Shown here one piece after another: positions 18,851 through 27,110 of a stretch of DNA of 50,212 nt (position 1 is the stretch's first letter; each line of letters begins with the position of its first letter). This stretch comes from a virus. Its lineage: Duplodnaviria > Caudoviricetes. The DNA is taken from IMG/VR virus record IMGVR_UViG_3300048901_000333, positions 1 to 50,212 of that record, one strand, 5' to 3'. Both the position numbers and the translations under genes were made by a program. The notes beneath the pieces are model-generated. The model did no database searches, was not told the origin of the DNA, and worked only from the letters and a program-made list of their open reading frames with translations.

Positions 18851-19495
18851 TCAACGTGCGCGTGCGAGGACCTTCCGCACCGTTTCGGGCTGCCACATGC
18901 CGCCCTTCGTTGTCGGGTGCCCCTCGAAGATCAACTGCGTGCAGATTGCACGCAACGAGAATCCCTCCGCCTTGAGAGCATGGATGCGCGCGGCCGTCGC
19001 CGCACCAACCTGCGGTGTCCCGCCGCCGGTCGCACGAAGGCGCGCGAGGCCCTCGGTCGTGCGTTCTGCCGTCCGCTCCCGCTCGCGCGCGCCGAGCGAG
19101 ATGAAGAGCCGAAAGACCCAGATCCCGTCCGCGCTCTTCGTGTCCACGGGGTCGCCGAGGCTCTTCAGCCGCTCGTGGCCGCGGAAGTAGCCGTCGAGCA
19201 GCTCCTCGCCATCACGGACGCACCGCGTCAGGCGGTCGAGCTTGGTGACCACGATCGCGTCGGCCTCGCCGGCGATCAGCATTCCCAGCGCACGGCGGAG
19301 TCCCGGTCGCTCGAGCGTCTTCGCGCTGAGCGCGTCGGTGCAGAACGCGACGAGCTCGCGCCCGGCCCCGGCGGCGAAGGCTTCGATCTGCGCCTTCTGC
19401 AGGTCGAGGCTCACCCCGAACTCCTCCTGATCCTCGGTCGAAACCCGGCTGTAGCCGACCAGACGCTGCGTTTTCCCGGGGATTTGGGGCGTCAA
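18851..19495 (-). CDS. Serine recombinase (resolvase domain plus short recombinase-type DNA-binding domain)
   Basis: GYSRVST, ERPGL and KLDRLTR motifs; start uncertain (TTG 19495 or GTG 19516). Confidence 0.92.
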   Translation of the reverse strand: MTPQIPGKTQRLVGYSRVSTEDQEEFGVSLDLQKAQIEAFAAGAGRELVAFCTDALSAKTLERPGLRRALGMLIAGEADAIVVTKLDRLTRCVRDGEELLDGYFRGHERLKSLGDPVDTKSADGIWVFRLFISLGARERERTAERTTEGLARLRATGGGTPQVGAATAARIHALKAEGFSLRAICTQLIFEGHPTTKGGMWQPETVRKVLARAR

Positions 19496-19557
19496 CGAAC
19501 GGTCGTCTGTGGACACCCCGGGCGGCGGACGGCCGTCAACGGGGGGCGTTGACACCC
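19491..19557. other. res-like subsites
   Basis: Two GTCAACG...GACACCC inverted-repeat elements with different spacers at the recombinase start. Confidence 0.5.
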
Positions 19558-19851
19558 GTCGCCGGCGCCGGGGCGAGGGATCGCCGGCGCCGCTCGACAT
19601 AGAAGGGGGGTCGGGGGGCCGGGGCACGCCTCGAAGGAGTAGGCGGGCCAACAGGGGGCACGTCGGGGAGGCTCGATTCCCCCGTGATGCGTCTTACCCC
19701 GCCGTGCCTCGGGGCCGCACTCCCTCCGCGGTTCAACGCTCGGCGGCTTCATGTTCGCTCACCGCCGAGCTCCCCGTCGAGCAGATGGAATGCGTCGAGC
19801 CTATCGCAGGACGAGGTTGTCCGGCTTCACGTCGCGGTGCACGACGGCGGG

Positions 19852-20313
19852 CTACGCCTCCATCGCGCGAATGATGTCCCGAGCTCGACGCCAGGCCTGC
19901 TGGACGACCCACGAATAGCTGCGTTGGAGGCGCGCGGCCTCCGCGCTCACCTCGGCGTAGATCTGAGCGTCCCAAATGATCGAGAGCCAGCACTCGGCCC
20001 TCGCCGGCGCCTCATCGCCCAAGCAGCGCTGTCGGAAGTACGTCAGGAGCCCTTTCAGGGACTCGCCCGGCCCCGGCGCGCCGCCGACGCGACGGAGAAA
20101 GACCATCAGTTCGAGCGAGGAGTGCACCCCGAGCTTGTCGTTGATCTTCGCGCGGTGCGTTTGGACCGTCTTGATGGAGATCCCGAGCTCGTCGGCGATG
20201 GCCTTGTTCGTCGAGCCCTGCTCGATCAGGCGAACGATGATGGCCTGCGTCGGAGTGAGCGCGTCGAGCGCCTCGCGCCCGAGCTCCGGCCGCTGGTGCC
20301 TCATCGCCATCAT
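19852..20313 (-). CDS. LuxR-type HTH fused to a CdbA-like ribbon-helix-helix domain
   Basis: LTPTQ...GSTNKAIADELGISIKTVQTHRAKINDKLG plus EAARLQRSYSWVVQQAWRRAR; GGAGG SD. Confidence 0.8.
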   Translation of the reverse strand: MMAMRHQRPELGREALDALTPTQAIIVRLIEQGSTNKAIADELGISIKTVQTHRAKINDKLGVHSSLELMVFLRRVGGAPGPGESLKGLLTYFRQRCLGDEAPARAECWLSIIWDAQIYAEVSAEAARLQRSYSWVVQQAWRRARDIIRAMEA

Positions 20314-20413
20314 GGTGGACCTCCGCGAGATGCGCTCGGGCGACGGCGACGGGGTCGCCGACGGCGAGGGGGAGATGCTTCGCGCGGACCTCGCCCATCG
20401 CACCTCGAGAAAA

Positions 20414-20707
20414 TCACGTCGCGGGCGCGATGGAAACCGCGACGTACCCGTGCCGCCGGCGCACGGCGCGGACGCGGCGCCAGGCAGCCGCCGCCGCCTC
20501 GAGGTCGGGCAGACGGAGGCGCGCCGTCGTCCAGCGCCCCTCGAGGCGTCCCCAGGAGAGCACGAGGAGTACTCCTCGCGATTCCCCGGGGAACAGGGGA
20601 AGCTGGGGATCGGGCGCGACCTCGAGGCGGTAGCCCCGGCGCGCGTTGCGCGCAGGGTCGACGAGCTCGAGCTCGAGGCGGCTACCGAGGCGCGGAGGGA
20701 GAATAAT
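20414..20707 (-). CDS. WGR-domain protein with no canonical start codon
   Basis: LELVDPARNARRGYRLEV...LVLSWGRLEG...RRRHGY; not in the ORF track. Confidence 0.7.
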   Translation of the reverse strand: MILPPRLGSRLELELVDPARNARRGYRLEVAPDPQLPLFPGESRGVLLVLSWGRLEGRWTTARLRLPDLEAAAAAWRRVRAVRRRHGYVAVSIAPAT

Positions 20708-20885
20708 TTCCTCGCGGCCGACGAATCGTCGGCGTCGGGATGGCCCGAATGTGGGGCAGCGCGAGCTCCCAGGCGCGCTGAATGAGCCACGAGCGCGACC
20801 GATCGAGCCGCCGGGCCTCTGCGTCGATCTCGACCTCGAGTCCCCCCATCCAGAGAGCGACCACGTTTTTGCGCCGGCCGCTCAC
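20682..20885 (-). CDS. CdbA/CdbB-like RHH protein (67 aa)
   Basis: EIDAEARRLDRSRSWLIQRAWELA; GTGA-coupled. Confidence 0.75.
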   Translation of the reverse strand: MSGRRKNVVALWMGGLEVEIDAEARRLDRSRSWLIQRAWELALPHIRAIPTPTIRRPRGNYSPSAPR

Positions 20886-21091
20886 CCCACGCCTCCCCGC
20901 TTCGCGAGGTCGGCCTCGAGCAGCTCGATGAGGTACGCCTTCATCGTGATCCCGCGCGTGGCGACGTGGATCTTCATCTGCCGAAAGAGCGGCGCCGGCA
21001 GGTCGACGACGAGGCGGCCGAGGCCCTCCTCGAGCTGCGTCTTCGCTGCTGACGTCTTCGGCCGCGTGACCCCGAGCTTCGGGCCGCTCAT
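20882..21091 (-). CDS. RHH partition protein (ParG/Omega-like)
   Basis: Basic N-terminal tail plus RLVVDLPAPLFRQMK...GITMKAYLIELL; coupled to parA. Confidence 0.75.
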   Translation of the reverse strand: MSGPKLGVTRPKTSAAKTQLEEGLGRLVVDLPAPLFRQMKIHVATRGITMKAYLIELLEADLAKRGGVG

Positions 21092-21735
21092 GCTTGCCCC
21101 CGCACGGCGCGCCAGAGACGACGCACTTCGAAGGCGGCGTCGCTGTTCGCATCCGTTGTGAGGACGCTCTCGCCGCTCGCCGTCGCCTCAGGGAACGCCT
21201 GGCGCTGGTGGAGTGCGCCGACGACGTCGTACGTCTCGAGGGCCGCCGCGCACGATCGCGCCATGCGGCTTCGCGCGACGGCGCGATTCAAGACGAGGAG
21301 GCGCTTCGCCGGCTCGCGGCCCAAATCATTGCGGAAGCGGTCCGCCTCGTCGAGGACCTTCGCTGTCTCCTCGTAGGCCCAGAGATCGAGTTGGCTGGGC
21401 TGCAACGGCACGAGCACGACGTCGGCCGCCATGGCGGCCGCGCGAGTCATGTCGCCGAGCCGTGGGGGCCCATCGAGGATCGCGACGCCATAGCCCGCTG
21501 AGAGCTCGCGGATCTTCCGAACGGACACCGACGGGCGCGACGAGTCGACGACGTGGATCTCCCGCAGGCGCGAGCCGAGCGGGCGCGCGTACGACCAGTC
21601 AACGGCGGATTGTTGGCGATCGAGATCGATGAGGATCGTGGGCTCGTCCTCGAGGAGCGCGGCGGCAGCGAGGTTGGTGGCGACAGTGGTCTTCCCGCTG
21701 CCCCCCTTCTGGCTCAAGACGGCGATGGTCAGCAT
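21088..21735 (-). CDS. parA: ParA/ParF partition ATPase (type Ib)
   Basis: Deviant Walker A QKGGSGKTT, IDLDRQ, LDGPP; 215 aa with no N-terminal HTH. Confidence 0.92.
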   Translation of the reverse strand: MLTIAVLSQKGGSGKTTVATNLAAAALLEDEPTILIDLDRQQSAVDWSYARPLGSRLREIHVVDSSRPSVSVRKIRELSAGYGVAILDGPPRLGDMTRAAAMAADVVLVPLQPSQLDLWAYEETAKVLDEADRFRNDLGREPAKRLLVLNRAVARSRMARSCAAALETYDVVGALHQRQAFPEATASGESVLTTDANSDAAFEVRRLWRAVRGQA

Positions 21736-21756
21736 GGGCCCGGACGCTACCAGGAA

Positions 21757-21812
21757 ATGAAGGTATAAAGGAATATGCGAATGAAGCAATGAAGGGATGA
21801 AGGGATGAAGGT
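21757..21812. repeat. Seven tandem 8-bp units (consensus ATGAAGGN), putative centromere/operator
   Basis: ATGAAGGT ATAAAGGA ATATGCGA ATGAAGCA ATGAAGGG ATGAAGGG ATGAAGGT directly upstream of parA. Confidence 0.8.
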
Positions 21813-21983
21813 GCGCGCGTAAAGACAGCGAGAAACACTTACGTAACGCGCATTTGTCCCCTGTTCGCGCTCAGGCCGGGACCCGATAGATCGACTCGGG
21901 GGGACCGACTACTTCCCGCGCCCCTGCTTGAGCTTGAGCCCCTCGCCCCGTCTTCACCCGAGCGCCCGCCGGCGCGGGCGAGG

Positions 21984-23033
21984 CTGCTCCATCTCACGAC
22001 CGCCGATGCGATCGCGCGCTGGCTCCTGCACCTCGAGGCCCGGAACGCGTCGCTCTCCACGCGGGAGAACTACGGGCGCGATGTGGCGAGCCTCCTCGAG
22101 CACCTGCGTGCGACGGCGCCGGCCGCCGTCGCCGACGTGCGCGCGATCACCGTATGGCACCTGCGCGCGTGGCTCGGCGAGGGCGCGCAGACGAAGAAGC
22201 CCGCCACCGTCGCGCGCGCGATCTCCGCCACGAGGACCTGGATGCGCTGGCTCCGGCAGATCGGCGCCCTCGGCGAGTCGCCGGCCGACGCGATCGCGAG
22301 CCCGAAGATCACGCGCCCCGCGCCGCGCGTCCTCTCCGTCGACGCGGCGAAGGCCGTGGTCGAAGCCCCGACAGCGCCGCCGGCGACGAGCGGCGGGGGC
22401 CAGATGCCGACGCGCTTCTACCTCACGCGCGACCGCGCGATCCTCGAGCTCGCGTACTCCTCGGGCCTCCGCGTCGCGGAGCTCGAGCAGCTCGACGTAG
22501 GGGACATCGAGTGGACGCGGCGCGAGGTCCTCGTCACCGGCAAGGGCGGCAACGAGCGGCTCGTGCCCTTCGGGCGCCCGTGCAAGGAGGCGCTCCAGCA
22601 GTGGCTTGCGTTCCGGGACCTCGCCGGCGAGCTCCCGGGGCACGGCGACGCGCTTTTCCTCGGCGAGCGCGGGACCCGGCTCGGCGCGCGCTCGATCGAG
22701 CGCCTCGTCGCGAAATGGGGCGCCGCCGTCGGCCAGCCCGCGCTCCATCCGCACGCTTTCCGGCACACCTGCGCGACGCACCTCCTCGAGGGCGGGGCCG
22801 ACCTCCGCGCGATCCAGGAGCTCCTCGGCCATTCCCGGCTCTCGACGACCCAACTCTACACGCACGTCTCCGTCGGCCATCTCCAGCGCGTCTACGCGCG
22901 ATCGCACCCGCTCGAGCGCGCGCGCTGGGCCCGCGCGGCGCCGCTCCTCGCGCGCTTCGCGCGGCGTCGCCGGCGAGCTCGCCGACGGCACGCCTGGAGG
23001 GTGGGATCGGCGGGGATCGACGTTCGTCCTTGA
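21984..23033 (+). CDS. XerC-like tyrosine recombinase (start uncertain, probably non-canonical)
   Basis: GLRVAEL, GKG, HPHAFRHTCATHLL, LLGH, TTQLYTHV and Y..SHP; N-domain helices extend upstream of GTG 22083. Confidence 0.9.
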   Translation: MLHLTTADAIARWLLHLEARNASLSTRENYGRDVASLLEHLRATAPAAVADVRAITVWHLRAWLGEGAQTKKPATVARAISATRTWMRWLRQIGALGESPADAIASPKITRPAPRVLSVDAAKAVVEAPTAPPATSGGGQMPTRFYLTRDRAILELAYSSGLRVAELEQLDVGDIEWTRREVLVTGKGGNERLVPFGRPCKEALQQWLAFRDLAGELPGHGDALFLGERGTRLGARSIERLVAKWGAAVGQPALHPHAFRHTCATHLLEGGADLRAIQELLGHSRLSTTQLYTHVSVGHLQRVYARSHPLERARWARAAPLLARFARRRRRARRRHAWRVGSAGIDVRP

Positions 23034-23049
23034 TCCCTGACCCCCGGCC

Positions 23050-23424
23050 GTGGCTGAATCGGCGCCAGTGCGGGTCCCTCTCCATCAAATCTCCGCGACG
23101 CTCCCCGACGCCGTGCGCGACGGGCTCGTCGAGCTCGCGGCCGCGGAGCGCCGGCGCGTCGGTCCGATGGCGGCGATCCTTATCGAGGAGGGGCTCAAGG
23201 CGCGTGCGCGTCCTGCGAGCGACGCCATCGTCGTTCGGCCGCCGCTTCTCGCGCCGCCGACCCGTGGAATCCGGCGTCGCCGCACGAACATGAAGATGCC
23301 CAAGCCCATCTTCGCGCTGCTCAGCGACTTCGCATGGACGCAGCGCCGCTCCATCTCGGAAGCGATCGTGATGCTGATCCATGAGCGGCTCGAGGCGCGC
23401 GCCGCGGCGAGGAAGTCAGCGTGA
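23050..23424 (+). CDS. Tandem RHH (Arc-like) regulator
   Basis: Two strand-helix-helix units: ISATLPDAVRDGL...; TNMKMPKPIFALL...RRSISEAI. Confidence 0.65.
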   Translation: MAESAPVRVPLHQISATLPDAVRDGLVELAAAERRRVGPMAAILIEEGLKARARPASDAIVVRPPLLAPPTRGIRRRRTNMKMPKPIFALLSDFAWTQRRSISEAIVMLIHERLEARAAARKSA

Positions 23425-23819
23425 GCGACGCGGGGGGCACGCTGAACCTCGACGAGGTGCGCACGATGCTCGTCGTCGTCCAGGTCGCCCTCGAGCAGTG
23501 GCAGCGCCAGGAGCTCGACGAGCCGACCGTCGATCGGCGCCCTTGCGATGTCGCGTGGGGAAGCTTCGTCCGGGTTTGGCAGCGCGACTTCGGCGAGCAC
23601 AGCGGACGTCCACTCGGCATTGCGCTCGTCGAGCTCTTCGAAGCGCTCGAGGCTTGGAGCTGCCTCGAGGACGTCGACGAGCACAGCTCGGCGTGGAGCG
23701 ACGCCATGGCCGCCGTGCGCGCGGCGTGGGTCGCGATCGGCGACGACCCGATCGCGTTCCGCGAGCGCTCACGGGTCGCGCTGCGTGAGTACCTCGAGCC
23801 GCCGTTGGTGCTCCATTGA
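23421..23819 (+). CDS. Hypothetical protein
   Basis: GTGA-coupled, 132 aa. Confidence 0.6.
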   Translation: MSDAGGTLNLDEVRTMLVVVQVALEQWQRQELDEPTVDRRPCDVAWGSFVRVWQRDFGEHSGRPLGIALVELFEALEAWSCLEDVDEHSSAWSDAMAAVRAAWVAIGDDPIAFRERSRVALREYLEPPLVLH

Positions 23820-24040
23820 GCGGCCGCGCCTACACCCGCTGTGCGCCCGCGATCAAGGGCTCACGCGTGTGGGCGATCGGCGCCATCAGAGAAAGTTCGG
23901 AGTGCGTTTCGACGCATGTACTGTGCACGGTCGCACTCCCCCTTTCGGCATTGGAGGTGACCCACGCGATAGCCCATTAGTGCGTTGAGTCAAATCCGCA
24001 CTTCGAGCTGACATCGCGTGGGTGGGGTCCCGTTAGTCGG

Positions 24041-24068
24041 GATTCGGCCACGATGCATTATGTCAACT
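24041..24068 (+). other. dif-like 28-bp site
   Basis: GATTCGGCCAC-GATGCA-TTATGTCAACT; right arm resembles the XerD arm TTATGTTAAAT. Confidence 0.6.
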
Positions 24069-24480
24069 CGGGGGCGAGGCTCGTCCCGCGGTTCCGAGCT
24101 TGGGAGCGATGGGACCGCGTGACGAGCAGGGCCTAGAAAGCCCCGGAAAAACCCCGAGCGCGCCAACGCTCAAGGGGTCGCTTCCGTGGGCCGAAGGTAA
24201 GCATGGAGGGTCCACCTGCGTCCAGGACGCGGGGCGGGATTTCTGCGTTCTTCGGCATTCGAACGCGCAATGACTTTGCGGTGGCGACTGGGTGTTGCCG
24301 CTGCACGGGAAACGTGCGCGCGCCGACTGGGAACGTGGCAATCGCCGAATGCCGAGTAGCGGGCCTCGCCCGCCGGCGTTGACGGACCCGTGCGCCTAAC
24401 GGCGGCCGCCTGGAGCCGCCCCCCACGGGGGCTCCGTGCGCGCGAGGGTCGCGCTCGCGGACGTCCCCGGAGCAGTCCCC

Positions 24481-26028
24481 ATGGGTCAGCCCGCCGAGGC
24501 CGAGGTCCGTCTTGCATCACCGTCGCCGTCATCACCGCCCGAAGGTAGGCCGCCGCCGAACGAGTACGGCGGCCGCGTCTCGCTCCAGCCCGAGCTCCCG
24601 GTCCCCGGCGGCTTCGACGTCGGCGACCAGCGCAAGTACCTCGCGAAGCAGCGCCGCCGGCGGCGCTCGAAGATCCAGCGCGTGGAGAACCGCGTGATGG
24701 ACGCGATCCTCGCGAACACCCACTTCGAGACGGGCGTCTGCGGCGCGTCGACGATGGGCCTCGTCGAGCGCGCCCAGTGCTCGCGGAGCCAGCTCTTCGA
24801 GGTGCTCAACACGCTCGAGGGGCGCGGCGTCATCGAGGAGCGCGCCTCGATCGACCCGCACTTCGCCGAGTGCACGCACACGATCGTCGAGGGCTGGGAG
24901 GGCTTCCGCGTCTGCAACCGGATGCGCGCGGCGGCCAGGCGCGCCGGCGTCCCCTTCACCTGCGTCGCGCACCACGGCTGGACGCTCATCCGCTGGCGAC
25001 CGCAACGCGTGTCGGCGCTCGAGGCCGCGTTCGAGGATCGGGCTCCAAATACGCCGCGGCGGCCCAAGGGAGCAGCCGCGAAGGCGCGCGCCAATCGGAC
25101 GCCGACAGGCTCGCTCTACCGGACCGATGTCGAGGACATCAATCGGACCCCGAACCCTGGATCCCAGGATCCATCTACCGTAAGCGGAACTTCTTCTTCC
25201 TCTCCGGCGGAACGTTCAGGCGCGCGCGCGCGAAGCGCGCACGAGGACGACGCTACGCGCTCGGCTGCGCCGAGGTCTAGTGCGCCGCCGAGTTCCCCCC
25301 CGCCCTCGCCGCCGGCAGCGCCGCGCCCGACGACGCCGGAGCGCGCCGTCCCGGCGCGCGTGTCGCCGACGCAGGCGTTCGACGGCTTCGCGCCTCGCGT
25401 CGTCGCGAACGACCCCGCGGAGGAGAGCCGAGAGGCGGGGAGAGCAAGAGTCGGACCGGCGTCGAAGCCGCCCGCCGACGACGTGAACGCCGTGCTCGCG
25501 GCCCATCGAGAGCACGCCGCCGGCGAGAGCCTCGCGGCGTACCCCGCGACGTCGTGGGAGCGTCACCTCGTCGAGCTCGCGCTCGCGGTGTGGACCGTCG
25601 CCGAGCTCGTGCTCGCGATGCGGGGGGTCGCGCGGCGGCCCCGCAACCCCGAGAGGCCCTACGAGCGCCGGCTCGTCTGGCTCCTCGGCCCGAACGCCGG
25701 GCGCGAGGATCGGATCACGCACGCCATCGACGCCGAGCGCGACGCGCAGCGCGCCGCGCGCCTCGAGGCCGAGCAGCGCGTCCGCGAGGCGCCGCACGTC
25801 CACGGGCCCGCGGCGCGCCGACGGCGCGACGAGCCGATGCCGGTGCTCGACATGGCGAGCTACGGCCGCGCGGAGGCGCTGAAGCTGGCCCGCGAGGAGC
25901 TCGCCGAGAAGCGCAAGGACCTCGCCGACGCGTTCGGAGACCCCGCAAAGACCGAGGCGGCGTATCGCGCGGTCCTCGTCGCGGAGGAAGCGCTCGCGCG
26001 CCTCGAGGCGCCTCGAGGTCGGTCGTGA
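24481..26028 (+). CDS. Putative replication initiator with an N-terminal winged HTH
   Basis: GASTMGLVERAQCSRSQLFEVLNTLEGRGVI; internal 24-bp-spaced repeats and a Pro-rich linker (lambda O-like layout); may start at 24436. Confidence 0.6.
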   Translation: MGQPAEAEVRLASPSPSSPPEGRPPPNEYGGRVSLQPELPVPGGFDVGDQRKYLAKQRRRRRSKIQRVENRVMDAILANTHFETGVCGASTMGLVERAQCSRSQLFEVLNTLEGRGVIEERASIDPHFAECTHTIVEGWEGFRVCNRMRAAARRAGVPFTCVAHHGWTLIRWRPQRVSALEAAFEDRAPNTPRRPKGAAAKARANRTPTGSLYRTDVEDINRTPNPGSQDPSTVSGTSSSSPAERSGARARSAHEDDATRSAAPRSSAPPSSPPPSPPAAPRPTTPERAVPARVSPTQAFDGFAPRVVANDPAEESREAGRARVGPASKPPADDVNAVLAAHREHAAGESLAAYPATSWERHLVELALAVWTVAELVLAMRGVARRPRNPERPYERRLVWLLGPNAGREDRITHAIDAERDAQRAARLEAEQRVREAPHVHGPAARRRRDEPMPVLDMASYGRAEALKLAREELAEKRKDLADAFGDPAKTEAAYRAVLVAEEALARLEAPRGRS

Positions 26029-26345
26029 AGCGCGCCCTCGAGCAGCTCGACGCGCTCGGCCGCCGCGTGAAGTGGGTCGAGCCGCCGGCGTGCCATGACC
26101 CGGCGTGCGGCGACTGCGGCGGGTGCACGAAGCGCGCGCCGCTTTCGGGCGCGCTCTTTCGCGATGTGCGGGAGGCCGCGCGCCGTTCGGGGCGCGGCGC
26201 GCTGGATCGCGAGGTCGCCGAGCTCCGCGATCGGAGCGTCTACGACCGGCGCGAGGACCAGCTCCGGCGGCTGCAGGTCCTTGCCCTCGAGGTGGAGCGC
26301 GACGAGGTCCTCGCCGAGCTCGCGGCGATCGAAGGAGGTGCGTGA
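26025..26345 (+). CDS. Hypothetical protein (Cys cluster plus coiled coil)
   Basis: Translationally coupled early operon. Confidence 0.6.
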   Translation: MKRALEQLDALGRRVKWVEPPACHDPACGDCGGCTKRAPLSGALFRDVREAARRSGRGALDREVAELRDRSVYDRREDQLRRLQVLALEVERDEVLAELAAIEGGA

Positions 26346-26551
26346 TGGGAACGTGTGCGTTTTGCGCGGCGCCGTGCACGGCGGCGCATTGGTGCTCGGG
26401 GTGCGGGCGGTACGTGTGCCTGAAGGGCGGGCACGAGCCGCTCATCGAGGGCGCGCCGCCGGCGGCGGGCGAGCACGCGTGCGTGAGCGCGTGGGTGGAC
26501 GAGGACGCGGCGCCGCCGGCGGCGCTCGCGATGGGAGGACCGGGACGATGA
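26345..26551 (+). CDS. Small zinc-finger protein
   Basis: CAFC..CSGC; coupled. Confidence 0.6.
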   Translation: MGTCAFCAAPCTAAHWCSGCGRYVCLKGGHEPLIEGAPPAAGEHACVSAWVDEDAAPPAALAMGGPGR

Positions 26552-26850
26552 GGCCGAGGGAGCTTGTGGAAACGAAGGTGAACAACGCGATGCTGAAGGG
26601 CGGCTTCGCGACGGTGGAGGCCGCGATGGCGGCCGAGGACCTCATCGCGAAGGCCTTCGGCTGCATCGCCGACGACGGCCACACGTGGCGCGCGAACTTC
26701 TGGGAGCGTGCGGAGTCGCCGGAGCTGCTCGAGAGCGACGACCTCGCGCTTCGAAACGCCGCGCGCGTGCTCGTGAGCGAGGAGCGACACCCGTGGGAGC
26801 GCATCGCGATCGCGGCGAAGATCCTCCGCCGCTACGGAGCCGCGTCGTGA
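26548..26850 (+). CDS. Hypothetical protein
   Basis: ATGA-coupled, GGAGG SD. Confidence 0.6.
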   Translation: MRPRELVETKVNNAMLKGGFATVEAAMAAEDLIAKAFGCIADDGHTWRANFWERAESPELLESDDLALRNAARVLVSEERHPWERIAIAAKILRRYGAAS

Positions 26851-27110
26851 CCGACGCGGCGACGAGCAAGCGCACGATCGAATCGGCGTGGATCGCCTAC
26901 GAACGGGAAGTGCTGCCGGCGAACGCCGGCCGAGTGCAGCGAGTGGAAACGCGGCGCGCGTTCTATGCCGGCGCTCTCGCACTCTTCAGCTCGGTCATGC
27001 GTGGGCTCGGACCAGGGACCGAGGCGACCGAGGATGACCTGCGGATGCTCGATGGCATCCAGTCGGAGCTAGCGCAGTTCGCTCGAGACATCGCAGCGGG
27101 GCGCGCATGA
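26847..27110 (+). CDS. Phage hypothetical protein
   Basis: QRVETRRAFYAGA motif; coupled. Confidence 0.65.
   Translation: MTDAATSKRTIESAWIAYEREVLPANAGRVQRVETRRAFYAGALALFSSVMRGLGPGTEATEDDLRMLDGIQSELAQFARDIAAGRA

Noticed and set aside
23968-23995. Second dif-like site (GATAGCCCATT-AGTGCG-TTGAGTCAAAT)
   Set aside because: Two mismatches in the conserved TTATG core and a poor left arm; too weak to call
24130-24435. Possible ncRNA or short ORF upstream of the Rep-like gene (hairpin near 24152-24177)
   Set aside because: No RNA family recognised; needs an Rfam/covariation search
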